Of a stretch of DNA of 64,000 bases, positions 55,687 through 64,000 are shown in pieces. The DNA is from PS1 clade bacterium (lineage in GTDB: Bacteria > Pseudomonadota > Alphaproteobacteria > RS24): the NCBI GenBank assembly GCA_003331985.1, contig QOQK01000003.1, forward strand, positions 808 to 64,807, written 5' to 3'. Below the pieces are notes generated by a model. The model was not told where the DNA came from. It did no database searches and worked only from the letters and a program-made list of their open reading frames with translations. A program made the position numbers and the translations under genes. Every line of letters starts with the position of its first letter. Position 1 is the stretch's first letter.

Positions 55687-56689
55687 GAATCTGTCCGTCA
55701 CTTCGTCACCAGATGTATTACCGGCCTCTGCGGATCAAATCCGCGCCGAGATTATTCTTATTGCAGGTGCAACCGCCAGCGGCAAGTCTTCTCTTGCGCT
55801 TTCCCTAGCCTCTGAGATTACGACTGCGGGGGGACAAGCCTGTATTATTAATGCCGACTCCATGCAGGTCTATCGCGAGATGCAAGTTCTGACCGCCCGA
55901 CCATCTATTGAGGAGGTCAAACAATGCCCTCATGAATTATATGGGCATGTTTCGGCAGGGGATGAATATAATGTTGGACGTTGGTTGTCTGAGGTGCAAG
56001 CGGCGATTGCCCGTGCGAAGAATGCGGGTCAGATACCAATTTTGGTCGGTGGTACGGGGCTTTATTTCAAATGTTTGACAGAGGGTATCGCTGACATTCC
56101 AAATATTCCCGAGGATATCAGAAAGGCTGTGCGCGCGAGACATGAGGCAGAGGGTACATATGCGTGTCATGCCGCTTTAAAGGCAATTGACCCGCAAGCT
56201 TATCAGCGCCTTGAGGCCACAGACCCCCAGAGAGTTTTAAGAGCTCTTGAGGTTTATGAAGCTACTGGCAGATGCCTTTCAGACTGGCAGAGCGACCCCG
56301 TGATACCGCCAATTACGGCTCCGATGCTTAAAATTCTCCTCACACCGTCCAGAGAATGGCTTTATGCCAGATGTGATAGTCGTTTTGAGGCTATGATAGC
56401 CGAAGGTGCGCTGGAAGAGGCATCAGCAATGGCAGAATTAGGGCTTTCCGACACACTACCCGCCATGAAAGCATTAGGGCTAAAAGAGTTGCTCGCGTTA
56501 GAAAATAATGAGATAAGCCTCGAAGAAGCGCAATTAGCGGCGCAACAGGCGACACGACGTTATGCTAAACGGCAAATGACATGGTTTAGGAATCAGATGA
56601 TTTCATGGAACAGCATTTCTGAGCAAGAATATTACAATAAAACATCATATTTCTTGTCGAATATTATAAAAATGCTTGACCCCGTGTGA
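55685..56689 (+). CDS. miaA: tRNA dimethylallyltransferase MiaA
   Basis: GATASGKS, NADSMQVY, GGTGLY and TRRYAKRQMTW. Confidence 0.95.
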   Translation: MNLSVTSSPDVLPASADQIRAEIILIAGATASGKSSLALSLASEITTAGGQACIINADSMQVYREMQVLTARPSIEEVKQCPHELYGHVSAGDEYNVGRWLSEVQAAIARAKNAGQIPILVGGTGLYFKCLTEGIADIPNIPEDIRKAVRARHEAEGTYACHAALKAIDPQAYQRLEATDPQRVLRALEVYEATGRCLSDWQSDPVIPPITAPMLKILLTPSREWLYARCDSRFEAMIAEGALEEASAMAELGLSDTLPAMKALGLKELLALENNEISLEEAQLAAQQATRRYAKRQMTWFRNQMISWNSISEQEYYNKTSYFLSNIIKMLDPV

Positions 56690-56748
56690 AATCTTGCCTA
56701 GTTTCCCCCAGAATTTACCGGACTTATAGCTGAAAGATAGGTAAGAGA

Positions 56749-58515
56749 ATGAGCGATCAAAAGACTGATCAGATGACTGGTGCTGAAATTGTTATCAAAG
56801 CGCTGAAAGATCAGGGCGTAGAGCATATTTTTGGGTACCCCGGTGGGGCTGTTCTGCCGATATATGATGAAATTTTCAAGCAGGATTGGCTGCATCATAT
56901 TCTCGTCCGCCATGAGCAGGGTGCTGCTCATGCAGCTGAAGGCTATGCGCGATCTACTGGTAAATGTGGTGTGTTGTTGGTTACTTCCGGCCCGGGCGCG
57001 ACTAATGCAGTTACCGGTTTAACTGATGCGCTGATGGACTCTATTCCCCTGGTTTGCATTACCGGACAGGTACCTACTCACCTCATCGGATCTGATGCGT
57101 TTCAGGAGTGCGATACTGTCGGTATTACCCGACCCTGCACGAAACATAACTATCTCGTTAAATCAGTTGATGATCTTGCGGAAATCATGCATGAGGCGTT
57201 TTACATCGCAACTTCTGGACGTCCCGGTCCTGTCGTTATTGATATACCGAAAGATATTCAGTTTGCTCCAGGTCCTTATATGTCGCCTGAAAAAATATCC
57301 AAGGCGAGTTATCAACCCCCTAAAAAGGGCGATTTGAACGGTATTCGAGAAGCGGCGGAACTCATAGCTTCTGCCAAGAAGCCAGTTTTTTATACCGGTG
57401 GCGGCGTGGTCAATGCCGGGCCGGTTGCAAGCAAACTATTGCGCGAATTTGTTGGTTTGACTGGCTATCCAATTACCTCGACCCTTATGGGACTGGGCGC
57501 GTTTCCTGCCAGTGACAATCAATGGCTCGGTATGCTTGGTATGCACGGTACATATGAAGCAAATATGGCGATGCATGATTGTGATGTCATGATTAATATC
57601 GGTGCTCGTTTTGATGACAGGATTACGGGTCGACTTGATGCGTTTTCTCCCAATTCGAAAAAAATTCATGTCGATATTGATCCGTCATCCATCAATAAAA
57701 CTGTTCATGTTGATGTGCCGATTGTCGGCGATGTCGCGCATGTACTTGAAGACATGATACGTATCTGGAAAGAAACGGCTTGTTCTCCTGATAAACAAGC
57801 AATTTCTGATTGGTGGCAAGAAATTGAAGGCTGGCGGAAAGTCAATTCTCTCGGTTTTGAACAAAGTGATACCATCATCAAGCCGCAATATGCCGTTCAG
57901 CGCCTTTACGAGCTTTCCAAGGACAAGGATGTGTATATTTCGACTGAGGTCGGCCAACACCAAATGTGGGCGGCTCAGCATTTCCATTTTGAAGAGCCTA
58001 ATCGCTGGATGACTTCTGGTGGGCTTGGCACTATGGGCTATGGTTTGCCGGCGGCAATCGGGACTCAAATCGCGCATCCAGAGGCTTTAGTTATAGACAT
58101 TGCTGGCGAGGCTTCAGTCCTGATGAATATGCAGGAAATGTCCACAGCAGTTCAATATAATCTGCCGGTCAAAATATTTATTTTGAATAATGAATATATG
58201 GGTATGGTGCGTCAGTGGCAGCAGTTATTGCATGGCGGGCGTTACTCGCACAGTTATTCCGAGGCATTGCCTGATTTTGTGAAGCTTGCGGAGGCGTATG
58301 GCGCGACTGGGATACGAGCAACCAATCCAGGCGAACTGGATGCGGCGATTACGCAAATGCTTGATACGCCCGGCCCGGTAATTTTTGATTGCGTTGTTTC
58401 TAAAGATGAAAATTGCTTCCCGATGATCCCATCAGGTAAAGCGCATAATGAAATGATACTCGCCGGAGAGCCGGCTGATGTTGAGGTTTCTGAAGAGGGC
58501 AAGGCACTCGTATGA
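56749..58515 (+). CDS. ilvI: Acetolactate synthase large subunit
   Basis: FGYPGGAVLP, RHEQGA, TSGPGATN, GQHQMW and SGGLGTMG. Confidence 0.96.
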   Translation: MSDQKTDQMTGAEIVIKALKDQGVEHIFGYPGGAVLPIYDEIFKQDWLHHILVRHEQGAAHAAEGYARSTGKCGVLLVTSGPGATNAVTGLTDALMDSIPLVCITGQVPTHLIGSDAFQECDTVGITRPCTKHNYLVKSVDDLAEIMHEAFYIATSGRPGPVVIDIPKDIQFAPGPYMSPEKISKASYQPPKKGDLNGIREAAELIASAKKPVFYTGGGVVNAGPVASKLLREFVGLTGYPITSTLMGLGAFPASDNQWLGMLGMHGTYEANMAMHDCDVMINIGARFDDRITGRLDAFSPNSKKIHVDIDPSSINKTVHVDVPIVGDVAHVLEDMIRIWKETACSPDKQAISDWWQEIEGWRKVNSLGFEQSDTIIKPQYAVQRLYELSKDKDVYISTEVGQHQMWAAQHFHFEEPNRWMTSGGLGTMGYGLPAAIGTQIAHPEALVIDIAGEASVLMNMQEMSTAVQYNLPVKIFILNNEYMGMVRQWQQLLHGGRYSHSYSEALPDFVKLAEAYGATGIRATNPGELDAAITQMLDTPGPVIFDCVVSKDENCFPMIPSGKAHNEMILAGEPADVEVSEEGKALV

Positions 58516-59027
58516 TGATGAATGACCGATCTATTGAAGCGCACACGCTTTCCGTGCTTGTAGAGAATGCTGCCGGGGTGTTGGCGCGAGTCATCGGCTT
58601 ATTTTCAGGGCGCGGCTACAATATTGAAAGTTTGACCGTTGCTGAAGTTGACGGCGAGGCACATATGTCGCGTATTACAATTGTGACCAGCGGGTCGCCT
58701 ATGGTGATTGAACAAATCAAAGCTCAGTTGAGCCGCATCGTGCCGGTTAGCCGCGTGACGGATTTAACAGTCGAGGCTGAGGCAATTGAGCGTGAAATGG
58801 CACTTGTGAAAGTTGCGGGTACCGGAGAGAAAAGAGTTGAGGCGCTTCGCGTATCTGAAAGCTTCAGAGCGCGCGTTGTTGACACCACACATGAGTCATT
58901 TGTGTTTGAACTGACCGGGGCAAAAACTAAAATTGATGCATTTGTTCAGCTTATGCGTCCTTTAGGCCTAAAAGAAGTTTCAAGAACAGGCATCGCGGCG
59001 ATTGCCCGCGGGCCGGAAGCAATGTAA
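58512..59027 (+). CDS. ilvH: Acetolactate synthase small subunit
   Basis: ACT domain GVLARVIGLFSGRGYNIESLTV. Confidence 0.96.
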   Translation: MMMNDRSIEAHTLSVLVENAAGVLARVIGLFSGRGYNIESLTVAEVDGEAHMSRITIVTSGSPMVIEQIKAQLSRIVPVSRVTDLTVEAEAIEREMALVKVAGTGEKRVEALRVSESFRARVVDTTHESFVFELTGAKTKIDAFVQLMRPLGLKEVSRTGIAAIARGPEAM

Positions 59028-59109
59028 AAGCCTTAAATCATTTGCTTTCAAATTCAGATAATTACCTATAAATCTACTGAGAATTTAAAGACCAGACGAG
59101 GAGACAAAA

Positions 59110-60120
59110 ATGGATATGCTATATGACCGCGATGCGGACACAGACCTGATTAAATCCAAAAAGATTGCCGTTATCGGCTATGGCTCTCAGGGCCACGCAC
59201 ATACACTCAATCTGAGGGATAGCGGCGTTGCAGAGATTTGTGTTGGATTACGGCCTGACTCGTCTTCCGTCGCTAAAGCGCAAGCTGAAGGCATTGAGGT
59301 GAAATCAATCGCTGAGGCAGCGGCCTGGGCAGATATCGTCATGATTTTGACCCCAGACGAATTACAAAAAGATATTTATAACACCCATATCGCAAACAAT
59401 ATCCGTGAGGGTGCAGCCTTGATGTTTGCGCATGGTCTTTCCATTCATTTTAACTTGATTGAACCACGTGCTGATCTTGATGTTCTTATGGTTGCGCCAA
59501 AGGGCCCGGGTCATACAGTGCGCGGTGAATATCTGCGCGGTGGGGGTGTACCATGTCTGGTTGCCGTGCATAAGAATGCTTCCGGTACGGCGCGTGATAT
59601 TGCCATGTCCTATGCCTGTGGGTTAGGCGGCGGTCGCTCCGGCATTATTGAAACCAATTTCAGGGATGAGTGCGAAACCGATCTCTTTGGTGAACAAGCT
59701 GTGCTTTGTGGGGGTGTTGTCGAGTTGATTAAAGCCGGTTATGAAACGCTTGTAGAGGCAGGTTATCCACCGGAAATGGCCTATTTTGAGTGTCTACATG
59801 AGGTCAAACTTATCGTCGACCTGATTTATGAAGGTGGCATTGCCAATATGAACTACTCCATTTCCAATACGGCTGAGTTCGGTGAGTATGTTTCCGGCCC
59901 GCGCGTCGTGACATCTGATACCAAAGCTGAAATGAAGCTTATTCTGGAAGATATTCAATCAGGTAAGTTCACCAATCGCTGGATGCAGGGTGGCCAGGAA
60001 GAAATCAAGAAATTCCGTGAAGATATGGCGGCGCATCCAATTGAAGAAGTTGGCGCAAATTTACGTGAAAAAATGCCGTGGATTTCATCTAATAAATTGG
60101 TTGATCAGTCCAAAAACTAG
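59110..60120 (+). CDS. ilvC: Ketol-acid reductoisomerase
   Basis: [17 protein letters not shown] and [14 protein letters not shown]. Confidence 0.98.
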   Translation: MDMLYDRDADTDLIKSKKIAVIGYGSQGHAHTLNLRDSGVAEICVGLRPDSSSVAKAQAEGIEVKSIAEAAAWADIVMILTPDELQKDIYNTHIANNIREGAALMFAHGLSIHFNLIEPRADLDVLMVAPKGPGHTVRGEYLRGGGVPCLVAVHKNASGTARDIAMSYACGLGGGRSGIIETNFRDECETDLFGEQAVLCGGVVELIKAGYETLVEAGYPPEMAYFECLHEVKLIVDLIYEGGIANMNYSISNTAEFGEYVSGPRVVTSDTKAEMKLILEDIQSGKFTNRWMQGGQEEIKKFREDMAAHPIEEVGANLREKMPWISSNKLVDQSKN

Positions 60121-60171
60121 GTAATTTCACCAATATCAGCCTATTTAGGGTCTGATTTACACCGTTTTTCG

Positions 60172-60199
60172 AAAAGGCCGCAACTTCGCGGCCTTTTTT
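60172..60199 (+). terminator. Intrinsic terminator after ilvC
   Basis: AAAAGGCCGC-AACTTC-GCGGCCTTTTTT. Confidence 0.9.
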
Positions 60200-60264
60200 G
60201 ATTTGTGCAAGGCATATATTGCGTAATTGCAGTTTTGCATAAATGAACTTATAATATTGCAATT

Positions 60265-61200
60265 ATGCGAAGACTTGATTGGGATGATTTAAGGTTTTTT
60301 CTTGCGGTGGCCTCAAATGGCTCGCTTTCAGCGGCTGCGCGAGAATTAACCGTCAATACAACTACTGTATTGCGTCGGATTGCAAGCCTTGAAGAGGCGC
60401 TTTCAGCGCGCCTGTTTGATCGAATGCGCTCAGGTTATCATTTAACCCAAGAAGGACTGGTGTTACAGGACCTGTTAGTTCCTGTAGATCAGCGCTTATC
60501 TAGCCTTCAGCGCGATTTTCAGGCAGCTCATGCCGGAGCAAAAGGGCGGGTTAAGGTGAGCGCATCTGAAACTGTCTCAGGTACTTTATTGGCTGGTGGA
60601 ATGCGAGAGTTTGCTGATAAATACCCGGATATTGAGATGAGCCTATTAAACGAAATATCACAGATTCAGGGTATTTCAGGGCAGAATGCAGGGTTAAGAG
60701 ATGTTGATTTGGCAATCCGCACCGCCCGTCCAACGCAAGGTGATATGTTGGTTCGTAAACTCGGTGATTTGGCTTATGGCCTTTATGCACACCAAGACCG
60801 TGCCGCAACGCTTAATGAGGGTATTGAAATCACTAGTCCTGAAAAGTTGGCAGATATACCACTTATAGGTTTTGACGAAGATGCCCTTCCAACCGGGCCG
60901 GTCTGGTTTTTGTCCCGTGTAGAAAAAACTATGATGTTAGTTACACGCGCGGCAGGGGACAGAGCGAGACTGCAAATGGTTCAGGAAAATATGGGACTTT
61001 CAGCTTTACCTTGCATCATGGCGGATGCTGAACCGGAATTGCAGAAAATTGCAGGCCCTGAGATGGTTGGATCTCTGGAACTCTGGTTGCTTGCACGGCG
61101 TGATTTAGCGCAGTTTCCTCATGTCCGGACAGTGATGGATTTCATCATCGCAAGGGTTAGGAGTCTCCGACCATCGCTTTCAGGTAATACGGGCAAATGA
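60265..61200 (+). CDS. LysR-family transcriptional regulator
   Basis: WDDLRFFLAVASNGSLSAAARELTVNTTTVLRRIASLE...LFDR. Confidence 0.93.
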   Translation: MRRLDWDDLRFFLAVASNGSLSAAARELTVNTTTVLRRIASLEEALSARLFDRMRSGYHLTQEGLVLQDLLVPVDQRLSSLQRDFQAAHAGAKGRVKVSASETVSGTLLAGGMREFADKYPDIEMSLLNEISQIQGISGQNAGLRDVDLAIRTARPTQGDMLVRKLGDLAYGLYAHQDRAATLNEGIEITSPEKLADIPLIGFDEDALPTGPVWFLSRVEKTMMLVTRAAGDRARLQMVQENMGLSALPCIMADAEPELQKIAGPEMVGSLELWLLARRDLAQFPHVRTVMDFIIARVRSLRPSLSGNTGK

Positions 61201-61288
61201 AAAAACTTGGTGGCAAATAAAGTTACTTGCAATCCTTATTTTCCACGTATAAACAGGATGTTGGTCAGTTTATCTGAAATGGTTTTTT

Positions 61289-61461
61289 ATGATGTTTATG
61301 GACATTAACACATCTGCGCATTTTGCCGGTATTGCCTTTGTGCCTACCGGGGGCTTTGCGCTGTCTGATGTTCATTTGGAAATTTCATTGCTACCAATTT
61401 CAGCAGGTCATCTCCTAATCAGCCCCTGAGGTCAAGGCAGACAATGCCGGACGCTCAGGGG
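61289..61461 (+). promoter_or_regulatory. leuA leader: upstream ORF (61289-61429) ending CTC CTA ATC AGC CCC TGA, with the stop inside a CCCCTGAG/CTCAGGGG stem
   Basis: Two tandem Leu pairs including rare CTA codons; hairpin at 61423-61461 with inner GTC/GAC and GGCA/TGCC helices. Confidence 0.65.
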
Positions 61462-61518
61462 TCATATTTGGAAATTATGATTACCTGGCCCGGCATAGGG
61501 CTAAATTGAAGGGATTAA

Positions 61519-63114
61519 ATGATGACACGTAAAGTTAGTGAAGAGAAAACCCAAGAGATGCGTGACGGTTCCGACCGTGTAATGATATTTGATACGACCC
61601 TGAGAGACGGTGAACAATCTCCGGGGGCATCTATGTCTTTGGAAGAAAAACTTCAAATCGCTGAAACATTAGACACAATGGGTGTTGATGTCATTGAGGC
61701 GGGTTTTCCGATTGCCTCAAATGGTGATTTTGAAGCTGTTCAAGAAGTATCCAAATTAGTTAAAAACGCTACAGTCTGTGGTCTTTCCCGTGCAGGTGTA
61801 AAAGATATAGATCGTGCGGCAGAAGCTTTGAAACCTGCTGAAAATATGCGGATACATACTTTTATTTCGACATCGCCTGTTCACATGAAGCATAAATTGC
61901 AAATGGAACCTGAGGCCGTTCTTGAGGCTGTGGCCTTCAGTGTGGACCACGCACGCGGTTACACAGATGACGTTGAATGGTCAGCCGAAGATGCGACACG
62001 GACAGATAGAGACTTTCTGTGTCAGTGTGTCGAGGTTGCGATTAAAGCAGGCGCGACCACTATTAATATTCCCGATACTGTTGGTTACACCCTGCCGCAG
62101 GAATATATCGAGATTATTACGATGCTAAAAGACCGAGTCCCGAATATCGACCAGGTTGTCCTGTCCACGCATTGCCATAATGATTTGGGTCTTGCAGTCG
62201 CTAATTCGCTCGCCGGCATTCAGGCTGGTGTCCGACAGGTTGAATGCACAATTAACGGGCTTGGTGAGCGTGCTGGGAATGCTGCGCTTGAAGAGATAGT
62301 AATGGCCTTGAATGTGCGTTCGGATTTAATGCCGCAATGGACCCAAATCGAAACTACGCATCTTGCAAGAGCTTCTAAGCTGGTTTCCAATGTGACGGCA
62401 TTTCCTGTGCAATATAACAAAGCTATTGTTGGCAAGAACGCATTCGCACATGAAAGCGGTATCCATCAGGACGGTATGTTGAAAAATAACCAGACCTACG
62501 AGATTATGCTGCCTGAGACAGTGGGCATTAATAAATCTTCTTTGGTGATGGGTAAGCATTCGGGGCGGCATGCTTTCCGTGAAAAAATTACGGCTTTGGG
62601 GTATAGTCTGTCCGATAATCAAATGCAGGATGCCTTCCAGCGTTTCAAAAATCTAGCGGATCGCAAGAAGCATATTTTTGATGATGATATTGTCGCTTTG
62701 ATTGACGACGAAGTCGCACATGGTAACGATCGTATCAAGGTGATGTCCTTGCAAGTCGTTGCTGGCACTAAAGGGCCACAAAAAGCGGAGCTTGAATTGG
62801 AAATTGATGGCGAAATGCACCGTGCTGAAAGTACAGGTGATGGTCCGGTTGATGCAACGTTTAATGCAATTAAAGAGCTTATACCTGCAAAGGCTCGCTT
62901 GCATCTATATCAGGTGCATGCTGTTACACAGGGTACAGATGCACAAGCAGAGGTAAGTGTGCGCCTTGAAGAGGACGGTAAAACAGTTACAGGGCGCGGT
63001 ATTGATACCGATACGCTTGTGGCATCGGCAAAAGCCTATGTCAGTGCGTTGAACAAGCTAAGTGTCAAACGGTTGCGTCAGGCGCCGGATGATGTCGCTG
63101 CATTACAAATTTGA
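61519..63114 (+). CDS. leuA: 2-isopropylmalate synthase
   Basis: DTTLRDGEQSPG, HCHNDLG, GERAGN, HESGIHQDG and a regulatory domain with GPVDA. Confidence 0.97.
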   Translation: MMTRKVSEEKTQEMRDGSDRVMIFDTTLRDGEQSPGASMSLEEKLQIAETLDTMGVDVIEAGFPIASNGDFEAVQEVSKLVKNATVCGLSRAGVKDIDRAAEALKPAENMRIHTFISTSPVHMKHKLQMEPEAVLEAVAFSVDHARGYTDDVEWSAEDATRTDRDFLCQCVEVAIKAGATTINIPDTVGYTLPQEYIEIITMLKDRVPNIDQVVLSTHCHNDLGLAVANSLAGIQAGVRQVECTINGLGERAGNAALEEIVMALNVRSDLMPQWTQIETTHLARASKLVSNVTAFPVQYNKAIVGKNAFAHESGIHQDGMLKNNQTYEIMLPETVGINKSSLVMGKHSGRHAFREKITALGYSLSDNQMQDAFQRFKNLADRKKHIFDDDIVALIDDEVAHGNDRIKVMSLQVVAGTKGPQKAELELEIDGEMHRAESTGDGPVDATFNAIKELIPAKARLHLYQVHAVTQGTDAQAEVSVRLEEDGKTVTGRGIDTDTLVASAKAYVSALNKLSVKRLRQAPDDVAALQI

Positions 63115-63181
63115 GGCTTTGCTAAACACTATGTTAAGCTGAGGCAAAGGGTTTAATTTAAACAAGTAAAACTGGATATAA

Positions 63182-64000
<819 letters not shown>

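Noticed and set aside
121-62956. Numerous 60-170 aa antisense or alternate-frame ORFs inside identified genes
   Set aside because: Shadow ORFs of well-supported CDSs, without SD or motifs.
63123-63137. CtrA box upstream of mreB (TAAA-N7-TTAA)
   Set aside because: One mismatch in an AT-rich spacer; easily chance.

Overview
Chromosomal window from a marine-type alphaproteobacterium. The apbC-hflKC-DUF2065-degP-serB-miaA-ilvIH-ilvC synteny, the ctrA-mnmA linkage and a proteorhodopsin point that way; a PS1/Parvibaculales-like lineage is my inference only. (1) About 1.4-24.9 kb is a sigma54-controlled, gammaproteobacterial-type flagellar cluster organised like Rhodobacter sphaeroides Fla1: fliS, receiver-less fleQ, HTH-less fleT, fliEFGHIJ, fliKLMN, fliOPQR-flhB, a motF-like gene, PomAB-like stator and a cluster-embedded rpoN. 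It has six clear -24/-12 promoters and repeated GTC-N8-GAC enhancer boxes, and two of those promoters drive unannotated small genes. (2) Next come cysQ, a frameshifted divergent ctrA, mnmA and tRNA-Met. (3) An accessory block after the tRNA holds a DEAD-box helicase, purT and an AT-rich cassette. The cassette encodes a His-rich CxxC...RGPP upstream ORF, a ZnuD-like His/Asp-rich TonB-dependent receptor, a COG4337-like metal-independent carbonic anhydrase and an epoxide hydrolase, and it converges on PEP carboxylase. This candidate zinc-limitation/bicarbonate module is the most novel-looking system here. (4) A steroid/lipid catabolic patch follows (GMC oxidoreductase, MFS, KstD-like, IpdAB-like). 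(5) A blue-type proteorhodopsin is flanked by two stand-alone cNMP-binding-domain genes and an unannotated ribbon-helix-helix gene. (6) The rest is housekeeping through leuA (with a leader peptide and hairpin) and a partial mreB. No CRISPR, integrase, transposase or rRNA was seen. All family calls come from motif recognition by eye, not database searches.
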